Shown: positions 19,912 through 29,354 of the stretch, piece after piece
Position numbering within the stretch: the stretch's first letter is position 1
Layout of the letters: each line of letters opens with the position of its first letter
DNA from: Nitrospinota bacterium
GTDB taxonomy: Bacteria > Nitrospinota_A > UBA7883
DNA: 64,000 nt
Direction: 5' to 3'
Assembly (NCBI GenBank): GCA_016207925.1
Contig: JACQZB010000052.1
Location: forward strand, 11,792 to 75,791
Notes under the pieces: model-generated
Database searches by the model: none
Seen by the model: only the letters and a program-made list of their open reading frames with translations
What the model was told of the DNA's origin: nothing
Made by a program: the position numbers and the translations under genes

Positions 19912-20871
19912 ATGGAGACCAGGGAACTGATCGCATGGGGCGCCGGCGGCATGGTGGCCGGCGGCGATGTCCACGGCGAACGCTACCAATACTTCAACCT
20001 CGCCAGCGGCCTGCGCCTTGATATGGACGAGGCCCAGGCGCGCACAAGCGCCGCGTGGACCATTGGCGTCAAGCGTTCGGTGATCTGCGTCAACAGCGGC
20101 GTGGCGGGGCCGGGCGCCGCGCGGCTGGCCTGCGTGACGCCGCCGGTGGACGTTTCGCGCGAGGAATTCGCCCGGCTTACCGGTGACGATTTCAAAAAAC
20201 GCTTCGACGCCGTTACCGGCGTTCCTGACGGCGCGGAATTCCGGGAGGAGGGGGTTGAACCGGCGATTTTCGGTTGGCGCGAACGGCGCGGGGAGCGGTG
20301 GGCCGCCCCCGCGGGCAAGGGGTGGAAGCTGCGGCTGGCGGATGGTGAAAGTTTCGCCAAAATGCGGATCCGCGCCATTGGGGACGACACGCTGACCGTC
20401 ACCATCGAGTACGCGTACCAGCCGGCGAAGGAAGCGCCGCTTACTGAAGATCGCCAGGCAACCATCCGCCCCGGCGAGGCGTTCAGCTTCCGGCGGGGGG
20501 CCGCCGCGGCGGCCGAAGCGCTTGGCTGGGACCTGTTGCACGGCGGGGAAAAGCTGTTTCTCAACAGCTCCGTGTCCGGACCGGGACGGGCGGGCGCGCT
20601 CGGCTCCAACAAATACGGCGCGCTGTGGAAAACAATCACCAGCGCCGGGGACAGTGTGGCCTATTTCATGGACGAGTTCGGCGAGGCCTTCCGTTCGCCC
20701 AAGTGGTACCGCTACAACATAGACGGCAAGCACAACATCCATCCCAACGGCGCGGTGTACGTCCTGCGGGCGCCAGAAGGCGATTTCAAGATTCAGATAT
20801 ACCACTACGATTTTTTCGACACGGAGGATCCCGCCAAGGGGAGCCTGCGTCTGCGGTACGCGCGGTTGTAG
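19912..20871 (+). CDS. hypothetical protein
   Basis: 319 aa, no signal peptide, no motif recognised. 10 nt upstream of the GAF gene, so probably co-transcribed. Confidence 0.5.
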   Translation: METRELIAWGAGGMVAGGDVHGERYQYFNLASGLRLDMDEAQARTSAAWTIGVKRSVICVNSGVAGPGAARLACVTPPVDVSREEFARLTGDDFKKRFDAVTGVPDGAEFREEGVEPAIFGWRERRGERWAAPAGKGWKLRLADGESFAKMRIRAIGDDTLTVTIEYAYQPAKEAPLTEDRQATIRPGEAFSFRRGAAAAAEALGWDLLHGGEKLFLNSSVSGPGRAGALGSNKYGALWKTITSAGDSVAYFMDEFGEAFRSPKWYRYNIDGKHNIHPNGAVYVLRAPEGDFKIQIYHYDFFDTEDPAKGSLRLRYARL

Positions 20872-20880
20872 GGGGGGGCG

Positions 20881-21606
20881 GTGAATTTCCCGTTGGGGTA
20901 CTACGAAGCTCTGATCATCCTTGTCACCGCCGGGGCGATGGCGGTGCTGTTCCGCGCCCGCTACATGGGCCGGCTGGAGCGCATCACCGCGCGCGTGGAG
21001 GATGCGGCCGACAACCTGGATGTCCGCGTGGAGGAGGACAAGGACAGCCCGTTGAGCGAGCTTGCCGGGGCCGTGGACCGGGCGCTGGCGATCCGCGCGG
21101 CGGACATCTACCACCTGCGCGGAACCATGGAGGAGTTGGAGCGGGCTGACGGGGCGCTGCGCGCCGTCATTGACAAGGGTCTGGCCGTGGCGGGCGCGGG
21201 CAGCCCGCGCGAGGCATTGCGGTTGGCCGAGGAAGCGTTGGCCCAGATCACCGGCGCGGCGGGCGCCTGGGTGCTGCTGCGCGACGGCGGCGGGCTGACG
21301 CGCCTGTCCGCGGCGGGCGAAACGACGCATATCCCCCTCAACGCGCCGGGAATATTCGCCCGCGTGGCGCGTGAGGGTGAGGCGATGTTCACCAATAATG
21401 TGGAATACGAATCCGCCTACGACCCCGCGGCGGACGGTTTTCCCGGCGGGCCGCGCCACGCGCTGTTGGCCGTCCCCGTGCGGTGGGGTGACGCCACGTT
21501 GGCGGTCGCGGCCTTGGGTGACAAGGCGCAAGGGTTCGCCGATGAAGACATGGAAACCGCGTCGCTTTTCGCGCGGTTCATCGCCCTGGCGCTGAAGGGC
21601 CGGTGA
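20881..21606 (+). CDS. membrane-anchored GAF-domain protein
   Basis: 241 aa, GTG start. One N-terminal TM helix (ALIILVTAGAMAVLF), coiled linker, C-terminal GAF-like fold. Confidence 0.55.
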   Translation: MNFPLGYYEALIILVTAGAMAVLFRARYMGRLERITARVEDAADNLDVRVEEDKDSPLSELAGAVDRALAIRAADIYHLRGTMEELERADGALRAVIDKGLAVAGAGSPREALRLAEEALAQITGAAGAWVLLRDGGGLTRLSAAGETTHIPLNAPGIFARVAREGEAMFTNNVEYESAYDPAADGFPGGPRHALLAVPVRWGDATLAVAALGDKAQGFADEDMETASLFARFIALALKGR

Positions 21607-21665
21607 AAAGGCCGCCGCGGGGAATGCGATAATCGTATAATAGGTCCTACGAACCTTGGGTGGGG

Positions 21666-22049
21666 ATGGCGCTTATGGTAACAGGCAAGACCGCGCTGGT
21701 GGTGGACGATTACCACAGCATGCGCCTGACCCTCAAGGAGCATCTTCAGGGTTTCGGCTTTTCAGTGATGGAAGCGGAGAACGGCCTGCAGGGGCTGGAA
21801 ATGGCCCGCAAGGACCCGCCCGATATAATTTTCACCGACATCGTGATGCCCGTCATGGACGGCCTGGAGCTATGCCAGGAGCTTAAGAACGATCCGGCGC
21901 TGGTGGGCGTCCCCGTGGTGGTGCTGTCCACCCATGCCGACGCCTCTTACATCCTCAAGGCCATCCATAACGGCGCCGACGACTATGTGCCCAAGCCCAT
22001 CGAAGCCCCCCTTCTTAAGAAAGTGGTAGCGAGGCTGCTGCATGACTGA
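21666..22049 (+). CDS. CheY-like single-domain response regulator
   Basis: ORF 21660..22049, ATG 21666 after GGGTGGGG. Canonical receiver residues (VVDD, FTDIVMP, VLST, VPKP). Confidence 0.85.
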   Translation: MALMVTGKTALVVDDYHSMRLTLKEHLQGFGFSVMEAENGLQGLEMARKDPPDIIFTDIVMPVMDGLELCQELKNDPALVGVPVVVLSTHADASYILKAIHNGADDYVPKPIEAPLLKKVVARLLHD

Positions 22050-24189
22050 AAAGGACGTAACCCTCGACCGGATGCTGGTCAAAATCTCCCATCTGGACCG
22101 GTTGCTGGGGCTGGTGGGGGAGGTGATCATCACTTCCAACTCCATCGCCACCACCAACCGGCGCATCCAGGAGCATTACGACCGCAAGGCGCCGCTGGAC
22201 AAGCTTTCGATGGACATGATCAAGGCGGCGGAGGAGTCGAGCAACCGCATCTCCTCCGACCTGCATGGGCTGGTCATGGACATCCGCATGGTGGAGATCA
22301 AGGGCACGTTCCAGCGGTTCCGCCGCCCCATGCGCGACATGGCCAAGGAAGCCGGCAAGGAGGTGGAATTCGTCACCGAGGGGGAGGACACCCTGGTGGA
22401 CAAGACCATCGCCGAAAAACTGTACGATCCTATCAACCATCAGATACGCAACGCCATTGACCACGGGGTCGAGGACCCGTTTGAGCGCCAGCGCGCGGGA
22501 AAGCCCGCCAAGGCCAATGTGCTGTTAAAGGCGTACCAGCGCGAGAACAACATCTACATCGAAATCCGCGATGACGGACGCGGCATGGATCCGGACGCCA
22601 TCGCGCGCGCCGCCGTCGCCCGCGGGCTGGCCTCGGAGACGGAGACGGCGCGGCTTTCCCCGGAAGATAAGCTTCGGTTCATTTTCCAGGCCGGATTCTC
22701 CACCAAGGAAAAGGCCAGTACGCTCTCCGGCAGGGGCGTGGGGATGGACGTGGTCCGCAGCAACATCGAGGAGCTGGGCGGCGAGGTGGTGATAGACACG
22801 CGCATCGGCCAAGGCAGCGTGTTCATCTACAAGATTCCGCAAGTCACCGCCGTGAATATCCTCGACTGCCTTACGGTGCGCTCCGGCGCCAACCTGTTCG
22901 CGGCGCCCATACTCAACGTGGTCTCCACGGTGCGCGTGCCGCGCGCCAAGATACATGTCGCCTTTGGCAAGGGCAAGTCCATCACGCACCTGGGGAACAT
23001 CATCCCGCTGCACGACCTCAATGAGTTGCTGGGCGAGTCGCCGCTGGATCACGCCGGCGACGCCACCATCGTGATCCTGGAGGCCAAGAAGGGCCGCCTG
23101 GCGGTGGAGGTCAGCGAGTTTTTGGCGCCCGAAAAGCTGGTGTACACGCCGCTGGGAAGAATGTTCCACGTGCAGGGCGTCTCCGGCGTGACGGTGATGA
23201 GCGGCAACAAAATGGGGCTGGTGATTGACGCGGCGCAGCTTTTGGACCGTTCGCGCGGCATCGCCGCGGATGTCGAGGAGGAGGGGTCGGTCAGCGCGCT
23301 GGTCAAGAAGATCAAGGAGGGCGGCATTCAGGCCGCCGCACCGCCCCCGCCCGTGGAAAAGGCGCCCCCCGCCGTTACGGCGGCGCCTGCCGGCATGGTG
23401 GAAGCGGAAAGTTTCGGCGACCGCAAGGTGCTTTCCTCGGATGTGGGCAGGGAAATCGCCCACCGCGAGGAGTTCCTCATGGAACTTGAGGAAATGCTCA
23501 ACGCCGCCGGGGGGGAAATCCTTTCACTGGAGCAAAACCCCAACGACCGCGAACTGCTCAACCGCATCTTCCGCGCCTTCCATTCGATGAAGGGCAACCT
23601 GATGATGGTGGGCCTTACGGAGTTGGGATCATTTATCCACGAGGTCGAGGCCATCCTGGACCGGGCGCGCTCCGGCGATCTGACGGTGGACAGCGAAATC
23701 GTGGACATCCTGCTCGACGGCGCCGACGTGATCGGCGCGGCGCGCCAGGCGCTGGCGCAGGGCAAAGCGCCCTCCATTGACACGGGCTTGCTCAAAACAA
23801 TCGAGAAGTTCAAAAAACCGCTAGAGAAAAAAGAGGCCCAGATCGTGGACGTGAGCCAGCGCACCTTCCACCTGGGCGCGCTGGAGCGCTTTAACCTGCT
23901 CGCGCGCCGCCAGGCGGGCCAGTACGTCTATCAGGTATTCCTTTCCTTCAAACCGGAGTACCAGCAGCCGTTCCTCGTGGCGCTGCTCATCCTGCGGCGA
24001 CTTTCTGATATCGGCCTGATTTTCGGTTCCGTGCCCGCCGTGGAGGAGATTGAGAACCAGAGCGTGGGCACACAGCTTAAGGTCATGTTCGCTTCGCAGT
24101 ACGACTCGGAAAAACTGAAGGAGTACGTCGAGTCGCGGTTGGTGAAGTTCTACGACGTTACCGATTTTGAAATCCTTAAAACGTTCTGA
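22042..24189 (+). CDS. CheA-like histidine kinase with permuted domain order (P3 dimerisation, P4 HATPase, P5 CheW-like, HPt, then an unknown C-terminal domain)
   Basis: 715 aa. Overlaps the upstream REC gene by 8 nt. N-terminus starts with CheA P3 motif (LDRLLGLVGEVII). P4 N-box, G1 and G2 motifs present (HQIRNAIDHGVE, DDGRGMD, GRGVGMDVV). CheW-like domain around aa 270-410. HPt motif FRAFHSMKGN around aa 520. About 150 unassigned C-terminal residues. Confidence 0.75.
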   Translation: MTEKDVTLDRMLVKISHLDRLLGLVGEVIITSNSIATTNRRIQEHYDRKAPLDKLSMDMIKAAEESSNRISSDLHGLVMDIRMVEIKGTFQRFRRPMRDMAKEAGKEVEFVTEGEDTLVDKTIAEKLYDPINHQIRNAIDHGVEDPFERQRAGKPAKANVLLKAYQRENNIYIEIRDDGRGMDPDAIARAAVARGLASETETARLSPEDKLRFIFQAGFSTKEKASTLSGRGVGMDVVRSNIEELGGEVVIDTRIGQGSVFIYKIPQVTAVNILDCLTVRSGANLFAAPILNVVSTVRVPRAKIHVAFGKGKSITHLGNIIPLHDLNELLGESPLDHAGDATIVILEAKKGRLAVEVSEFLAPEKLVYTPLGRMFHVQGVSGVTVMSGNKMGLVIDAAQLLDRSRGIAADVEEEGSVSALVKKIKEGGIQAAAPPPPVEKAPPAVTAAPAGMVEAESFGDRKVLSSDVGREIAHREEFLMELEEMLNAAGGEILSLEQNPNDRELLNRIFRAFHSMKGNLMMVGLTELGSFIHEVEAILDRARSGDLTVDSEIVDILLDGADVIGAARQALAQGKAPSIDTGLLKTIEKFKKPLEKKEAQIVDVSQRTFHLGALERFNLLARRQAGQYVYQVFLSFKPEYQQPFLVALLILRRLSDIGLIFGSVPAVEEIENQSVGTQLKVMFASQYDSEKLKEYVESRLVKFYDVTDFEILKTF

Positions 24190-24194
24190 CAGCC

Positions 24195-25115
24195 ATGGCC
24201 GACATCATACTGGCGGGAAGCTCCGACGAATCCCTGGGCGGCGTGGGGGATATCCTCGCGGCGCGGGGCGAAAAATGCGAACGGCTGGAGCTTGACCTGA
24301 CGCATCCCGAATTTATCAGCCGCGTGGCCGGTCTGCGGCCCGCCGTGGTGCTGGCGCGGTTCCATGAGGGCGATCTGGCCTCCATCAAGGCCATGCAGAC
24401 CATGCGGATGGCCACCCGCTGCGTGCAGGCCATTTTCATCACCCAAAAACCGCTGTCCGCCCCCATCCTGACGCTGATGTTCAACGAGGGCGCCTTTGGC
24501 GTACTGCAGGAACCGCTGGACGCCGCGCTGGCCTGGCAGCTTATCCGCCAGGCCATCAAACGCAGCAAATGGGAACGCGATGAAATGGCGCGGGACGAGG
24601 AACTGCGCCGCCTTAACGAAAGCCTGCGCCAGCGCGCGGATATGTTGGAAGGCGAGACCGCCCGCGACCATGAAACCATTGACCGGCTCGAGCAACTCGC
24701 CTATCTATTGATCGCCGACCGGGGCTTCAAGCCGCAATCGGTGCAGGCGCTCATTGTCTCCAACGCGGAGTACCAGCGCGGACTGCTGGAGGAAGAATTC
24801 AAAAAGCTCGGCTTCGTCACCCATACCGCCAAGACCGCCGGCGAGGCCATGCCGATGATAAAGAAACAGTCGCCGGACATCGTGCTGTCCGACCTGGAAC
24901 TGTCCGACATGTCCGGCATGGAGTTCGGCAGGAAGGTCAAAAGCGAGCAGGGTTATCCCCGCACCCATTTTGTGATCATCACCTCCTCGCCGGAGAAGGT
25001 GGACAAAATCATGTCGCCGGAGACAAAAGTGGATGATTGCGTGGTCAAGCCCCACGGCGGCGGCAAGTTGTACACCATCGTCGCCCGCGCCGCCCTGGGC
25101 CTGCTGGAACGCTAG
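24195..25115 (+). CDS. tandem receiver protein: N-terminal pseudo-receiver (no phospho-Asp) plus C-terminal functional-looking receiver
   Basis: 306 aa, 6 nt downstream of the CheA-like gene. Domain 1: SSDE and PAVVLARF replace the DD and phospho-Asp positions. Domain 2: SDLELSD, FVIITSS and VVKPH retain D/T/K. Confidence 0.65.
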   Translation: MADIILAGSSDESLGGVGDILAARGEKCERLELDLTHPEFISRVAGLRPAVVLARFHEGDLASIKAMQTMRMATRCVQAIFITQKPLSAPILTLMFNEGAFGVLQEPLDAALAWQLIRQAIKRSKWERDEMARDEELRRLNESLRQRADMLEGETARDHETIDRLEQLAYLLIADRGFKPQSVQALIVSNAEYQRGLLEEEFKKLGFVTHTAKTAGEAMPMIKKQSPDIVLSDLELSDMSGMEFGRKVKSEQGYPRTHFVIITSSPEKVDKIMSPETKVDDCVVKPHGGGKLYTIVARAALGLLER

Positions 25116-26131
25116 ATTCTTACCCCGGGCAGAAGCCGCGCCACGTTGACGCGCATGGCGTCCTCCGCCTGCGCCAGCGTTTCTTTCGCCACGGCGCGGG
25201 CCTTTAGCGTCCCTTCGCGCAGTACGCCGAGCACTTCGTCCCGCCGCGGCTCCCAATACGCGCGCCGCTCCAATAGCGGATCGAGGCGCGTCATGATGTG
25301 TTTCGCCAGATGTTTTTTGCAGTCCACGCAGCCGCGCGTGGCGGTAGTGCATTCCTTCCACGTCACCTCGTTTTCGCCTTTGGGCGAGAAGGCAAGGTGG
25401 AAACTGTACGCCACGCATTTATCCGGATCGCCCGGATCGCTCCGCCGGACGCGGGCGGGGTCGGTGACGATATTGGCGATTTTGCGCGCCATCTGCTCGC
25501 GGCTGTCGGAAAGGTAAATGGCGTTGTTGTAGCTTTTGCTCATTTTGCGCCCGTCAAGGCCGGGCAGCTTGGGCACTTCGCTCATCAGCCCGTCCGGCTC
25601 CACGAAGACCTTGGCCTTGTAGATGTCGTGGAAGCGGCGGACCAACTCGCGCGTCAGTTCAAGGTGCGGCAACTGATCTACCCCCACCGGCACGAAGCTG
25701 GCCTTGTACAGCACGATGTCCGCCGCCTGCAAAACGGGATAGCCCAAAAAGCCGTAGGTGTGCAGGTCGCGGTTCTCCACCTGCTCCATTTTTTCCTTGT
25801 AGCTGGGCACGCGCTCCAGCCACGGGATCGGCGTGACCATCGAGAACAGCAGGTGCAGCACCGCGTGTTCGGGGATCAACGACTGGATGAACAGCGTGCA
25901 GCGTTGCGGATCCAGCCCGGCGGAAAGCCAGTTGACGCCAAGGTCAACCAAGTTCTCCTCCAGTTGCGCCGTGTCCTCGTAATTGCTGGAGAGGGCGTGC
26001 CAGTCGGCGGCGAAATAAAAGCAGTCGTATTGGTCTTGGAGTTTCACCCAATTGGAAAGCGCGCCGAGCAGGTTGCCAAGGTGCAGCTTGCCCGTGGTCT
26101 GCATACCTGAAAGCACTCGCTGCTTTGTCAT
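25112..26131 (-). CDS. trpS: tryptophan--tRNA ligase
   Basis: ORF 25112..26140. Class-I HIGH-type motif (TGKLHLGN) and KMSKS. Length and overall pattern match TrpS. Confidence 0.88.
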   Translation of the reverse strand: MTKQRVLSGMQTTGKLHLGNLLGALSNWVKLQDQYDCFYFAADWHALSSNYEDTAQLEENLVDLGVNWLSAGLDPQRCTLFIQSLIPEHAVLHLLFSMVTPIPWLERVPSYKEKMEQVENRDLHTYGFLGYPVLQAADIVLYKASFVPVGVDQLPHLELTRELVRRFHDIYKAKVFVEPDGLMSEVPKLPGLDGRKMSKSYNNAIYLSDSREQMARKIANIVTDPARVRRSDPGDPDKCVAYSFHLAFSPKGENEVTWKECTTATRGCVDCKKHLAKHIMTRLDPLLERRAYWEPRRDEVLGVLREGTLKARAVAKETLAQAEDAMRVNVARLLPGVRI

Positions 26132-26141
26132 AAACACCAAA

Positions 26142-26855
26142 TTACGGATACAACAAAAACGAAAGGATAACGTTCAAAAGCGGTAAAAGCGTCCAATTTA
26201 TAATATGAAACGGGTTGAACAACAAGAGGAAAAGCAGGATCGGCAAGCCATACGGCTCTATGCGGGCGTAGGTGAGCGCCTGCTTTTCCGGCAGCAGGCC
26301 CACCAGGATACGTCCGCCGTCCGCCGGAGGCACGGGGATAAGATTTATCAGCGCCAGAATCACGTTGATGTACACGCTGAACGTGAGCATCAGGAACAGC
26401 ACGTTCAGCGTCCACGAGTCCGACCCATGGGCGGACATGAACGTTTGCGTGTACGCTTCCGGATAGAACATCGCCAGGGTTTTGTATGCGGCGGAACTGG
26501 CCACCGCCAGCGCCATGTTGGTGAACGGCCCCGCGGCGGCCACCCACACCATGTCCCGCTTGGGGTCGTACAGACGCCCAAAATCCACCGGCACCGGCTT
26601 GGCGAACCCGAACAGGAACTTGAATCCCATCAAGCTGGAGAGCATATACAGCGCCAGGGGCAGCACGATAGTACCGAACCAGTGGATGTGGGCCAGCGGG
26701 TTGAGCGTAAGACGCCCCATGCGCGCCGCGGTGTCGTCGCCGCGCAGGAAGGCGACATAACCGTGGGAAATTTCGTGCAGCACCACGCCTAAAATCGCGG
26801 GCGGGGCAATGACCAAGACCGCTTCCAGAAAATTGGGCAGCACAGAACTATCCAT
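26142..26855 (-). CDS. site-2 protease family (M50) membrane zinc metalloprotease
   Basis: 237 aa polytopic. HExxH (HEISHG) in a TM helix and downstream NLIPVPPADGG (LDG-type) motif. Confidence 0.75.
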   Translation of the reverse strand: MDSSVLPNFLEAVLVIAPPAILGVVLHEISHGYVAFLRGDDTAARMGRLTLNPLAHIHWFGTIVLPLALYMLSSLMGFKFLFGFAKPVPVDFGRLYDPKRDMVWVAAAGPFTNMALAVASSAAYKTLAMFYPEAYTQTFMSAHGSDSWTLNVLFLMLTFSVYINVILALINLIPVPPADGGRILVGLLPEKQALTYARIEPYGLPILLFLLLFNPFHIINWTLLPLLNVILSFLLYP

Positions 26856-27172
26856 ATTTTCAACTCTAACACATCCGCTTCTTGTGTCATGGGAAAACCG
26901 GGGTTGAAGGCACTAAAGATACCATTGATGGAATCGGGGCGGAAAAATTTTCCGCATCCGCGCGCCCTTTGGCCCAGACGCGCCGGGAAACTGAAACGCC
27001 AGTGTTTAAGCGATGTTGGCAGGCAGCGGAGCAACGTATTGAATAACTGAAAGTAAAAATCGCTAATGGGGTGTTTCCCCCGATCCGATACATAAGGCGA
27101 TTCGTGGCCCGCGCCACGGCATGGAATTGGCTCTGTCATGGAGTGACAGGGTTTAAGCGCAAGGAGGATACG

Positions 27173-27916
27173 ATGCTGGGGTTGTCGTTATTCAGGATCG
27201 GAGGGAAAAACGGTAAGGCAAGCCGCCGCCCGGGCGCCATATCCTTGGCCCGGCATATTATTGAGCGCGCCTGCCGCCGGTCGGTACATACGGAAGTCAC
27301 GGTCAAGGGAACCGGCAAGCGCTATGGCTCGTTTTTTGTCGCGATGAACCCCGCCAACTCCGGCGAGTATTACCTGGACGCGCTGGCGCCGCACTCGATG
27401 CACGAGTTTTTGACTCCCGGCGCAAGCGTGCTGGAGCTTGATTTTGACATTCGCGGCACGCGGTACCAGCTTGAAAGCCTGTATCGCGGAATCGAGTTGT
27501 ACGAAGGGTTTCACACCTTGCGGCTGGAGATTCCCCCGGCCATCCGCGAAACCCAGCGGCGTGAAGCCTATCGCGTCCGCCCGCGCATAACCGATCCCGC
27601 GCGGTTGGAGTTGGCCGGCGGCGAAAAGATAAACCTGCACGACATAAGCGGCGGCGGGGTCAGTTTCACTCTTGACCGCAAAATCGCGCCCGGTCAGATG
27701 CTGTCGGCGCGGCTGCGCCTGCCCGGTGAACGCGCGCCGCTGAACCTGAAGATCGAAGTGGTGGCCTGCGAGACGCGCAATCACAACGGCGTCACGGCGG
27801 CGCCGGGGATGTGCCTGACGCGCGGCAAGTTCGCGGGGCTTTCGCTGGACGAAGAGCGCCGCGTGTACAGCTATGTGCTGGACCGCGAGCGGGAGTTGCT
27901 GCGCGTATTCGGCTGA
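27173..27916 (+). CDS. PilZ-domain c-di-GMP-binding protein
   Basis: ORF 27071..27916, ATG 27173 preceded by AAGGAGG. RxxxR (QRREAYR) and D-x-S-x-x-G (DISGGG) PilZ signatures. Confidence 0.8.
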   Translation: MLGLSLFRIGGKNGKASRRPGAISLARHIIERACRRSVHTEVTVKGTGKRYGSFFVAMNPANSGEYYLDALAPHSMHEFLTPGASVLELDFDIRGTRYQLESLYRGIELYEGFHTLRLEIPPAIRETQRREAYRVRPRITDPARLELAGGEKINLHDISGGGVSFTLDRKIAPGQMLSARLRLPGERAPLNLKIEVVACETRNHNGVTAAPGMCLTRGKFAGLSLDEERRVYSYVLDRERELLRVFG

Positions 27917-27994
27917 TCCGATGTGTATCCCGCGTTGCCAGCCGTTATCCCGCGCTGGTATCATGGCTCCCATACCATTCACGCGGGATACATC

Positions 27995-28327
27995 ATGGAC
28001 AGCTATTATCACTCCAGGGATCTTGCGCGCTTCGGCGACATCGGCAAGGAAGCCCCCGAACTGGCCAAAAAGTTTTTTGACTACTACAACGCGGTGTTCG
28101 CCGAGGGTGAACTGACCGAACGCGAAAAAGCGCTCATCGCGCTGGGCGTGGCCCACGCCGTCCAGTGCCCCTACTGCATAGACGCTTATACCCGCGCCGG
28201 ACTGGAAAAAGGCGCCAGCCCCGCCGAATTGACCGAGGCGATCCATGTGGCCGCCGCCATACGGGGCGGGGCCAGCCTGGTCCACGGCATCCAGTCGCGC
28301 AACGTCATGGACAAGCTTTCCCTGTAA
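27995..28327 (+). CDS. carboxymuconolactone decarboxylase / AhpD-like family protein with CxxC motif
   Basis: ORF 27923..28327, ATG at 27995. AhpD-core-like helical pattern with CPYC (AHAVQCPYCIDAY). Confidence 0.6.
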   Translation: MDSYYHSRDLARFGDIGKEAPELAKKFFDYYNAVFAEGELTEREKALIALGVAHAVQCPYCIDAYTRAGLEKGASPAELTEAIHVAAAIRGGASLVHGIQSRNVMDKLSL

Positions 28328-28334
28328 CCGGCGC

Positions 28335-29354
28335 ATGGATACCATGGATTGCGGCGGCGCCCCCGCGGGCACCTTGCCGTTCAGCCAGGCGTTGGCGGAA
28401 CGCGGCGTCACGCTCACCCGGGCGAAAACCACGGCGCTGCAGGTCAACATGGGGCTGGTGTGCAACCTCTCCTGCCGCCACTGCCACGTGGAGGCGGGGC
28501 CGCGCCGGACGGAAAGTATGGACGAAGCCACCGTCCGGCGAACGGCGGACTACGCCGCGCGCGGAGAATTTCTTTCCGTGGACATCACCGGCGGCGCGCC
28601 GGAGTTGAACCCTCACCTGCGGTTATTGATCGGGCTTGTCCGGCCGCACGTCCAGCGGATCATGATCCGCACGAACCTGACGCTGCTGCGCCGTCCGCCA
28701 TATAGCAAGCTGATAGAGACCTTCCGCGAGAACCGTGTGGCGGTGGTCGCGTCGTTTCCCTCGGTCAACCAATCCCAGGCGGAGGCGCAACGGGGCGACG
28801 GCGTGTTTGATGACAGCGTGGACGCGCTGCGCGCGCTTAACGCCGCGGGATACGGGGCAGGGGATACGGGGCTTGACCTGATGCTGGTGGTCAATCCTTC
28901 CGGCTCGTTCATGGCGCCCCCGCAGGAGGCGGTGGAAAAACGTTTCCGCGAAACCCTTGCGCGCCGGTGGGGGATAACCTTCACCGGCCTTCTCGCCTTC
29001 TCCAATGTCCCCTTGGGCCGGTTCGGGCGATGGCTGGCCGAGTCGGGTAATCTGGAAAGCTATTACCGCAAATTGGACGAGGGATTTAATCCCTGCGCCC
29101 TGGCGGCGGTGATGTACCGTACGCAGCTGCGTGGCTGGCCCCGGCTTCTCCTGCGGCGGGGCGATCGCGCGGTAGGGGCGGCTCGATGGGCCGCCCGAAT
29201 CGGGCGAGGCGGCGCCTCGCCCCTACAGAGGATGTGTGAACGGAGAAATTGCGGGGGCGCAGAATGCCGCGCCTCCGCCAATTCATACATCCGCGCCTTT
29301 CCGCGTTACCCTGTACTCCAGAATCGTGCAATACAGGGCGGGCAGCGCGATTAA
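28335..29354 (+). CDS. radical SAM protein, ArsS-like (arsenosugar-biosynthesis rSAM / Cys-rich family); 3' end uncertain (frameshift or recoding)
   Basis: ORF 28245..29354, ATG 28335. LQVNMGLVCNLSCRHCHVEAGP matches the CxxxCxxC rSAM cluster in ArsS-type context. Frame-0 tail after about 29100 is Arg-rich junk that runs 72 nt into cusA. The +1 frame holds TGA (29110-29112) followed by the Cys-rich tail CTVRSCVAGPGFSCGGAIAR ending at 29175. Confidence 0.6.
   Translation: MDTMDCGGAPAGTLPFSQALAERGVTLTRAKTTALQVNMGLVCNLSCRHCHVEAGPRRTESMDEATVRRTADYAARGEFLSVDITGGAPELNPHLRLLIGLVRPHVQRIMIRTNLTLLRRPPYSKLIETFRENRVAVVASFPSVNQSQAEAQRGDGVFDDSVDALRALNAAGYGAGDTGLDLMLVVNPSGSFMAPPQEAVEKRFRETLARRWGITFTGLLAFSNVPLGRFGRWLAESGNLESYYRKLDEGFNPCALAAVMYRTQLRGWPRLLLRRGDRAVGAARWAARIGRGGASPLQRMCERRNCGGAECRASANSYIRAFPRYPVLQNRAIQGGQRD

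Noticed and set aside
14276-19952. - strand ORFs of 384, 451 and 398 aa antisense to the glutamate-synthase operon
   Set aside because: Same antisense-artefact pattern. The sense genes are tightly coupled and motif-rich.
19834-21531. 565-aa - strand ORF
   Set aside because: Antisense to the 319-aa hypothetical and GAF genes. Composition is Arg/Gly/Pro junk.
26939-26955. Near-palindrome gcggaaaaattttccgc between the M50 protease and PilZ genes
   Set aside because: Short AT-core hairpin with no flanking promoter elements recognised. Noted only as a possible operator.
27188-28531. 447-aa - strand ORF
   Set aside because: Antisense to the PilZ, AhpD-like and ArsS-like genes, which carry diagnostic motifs.
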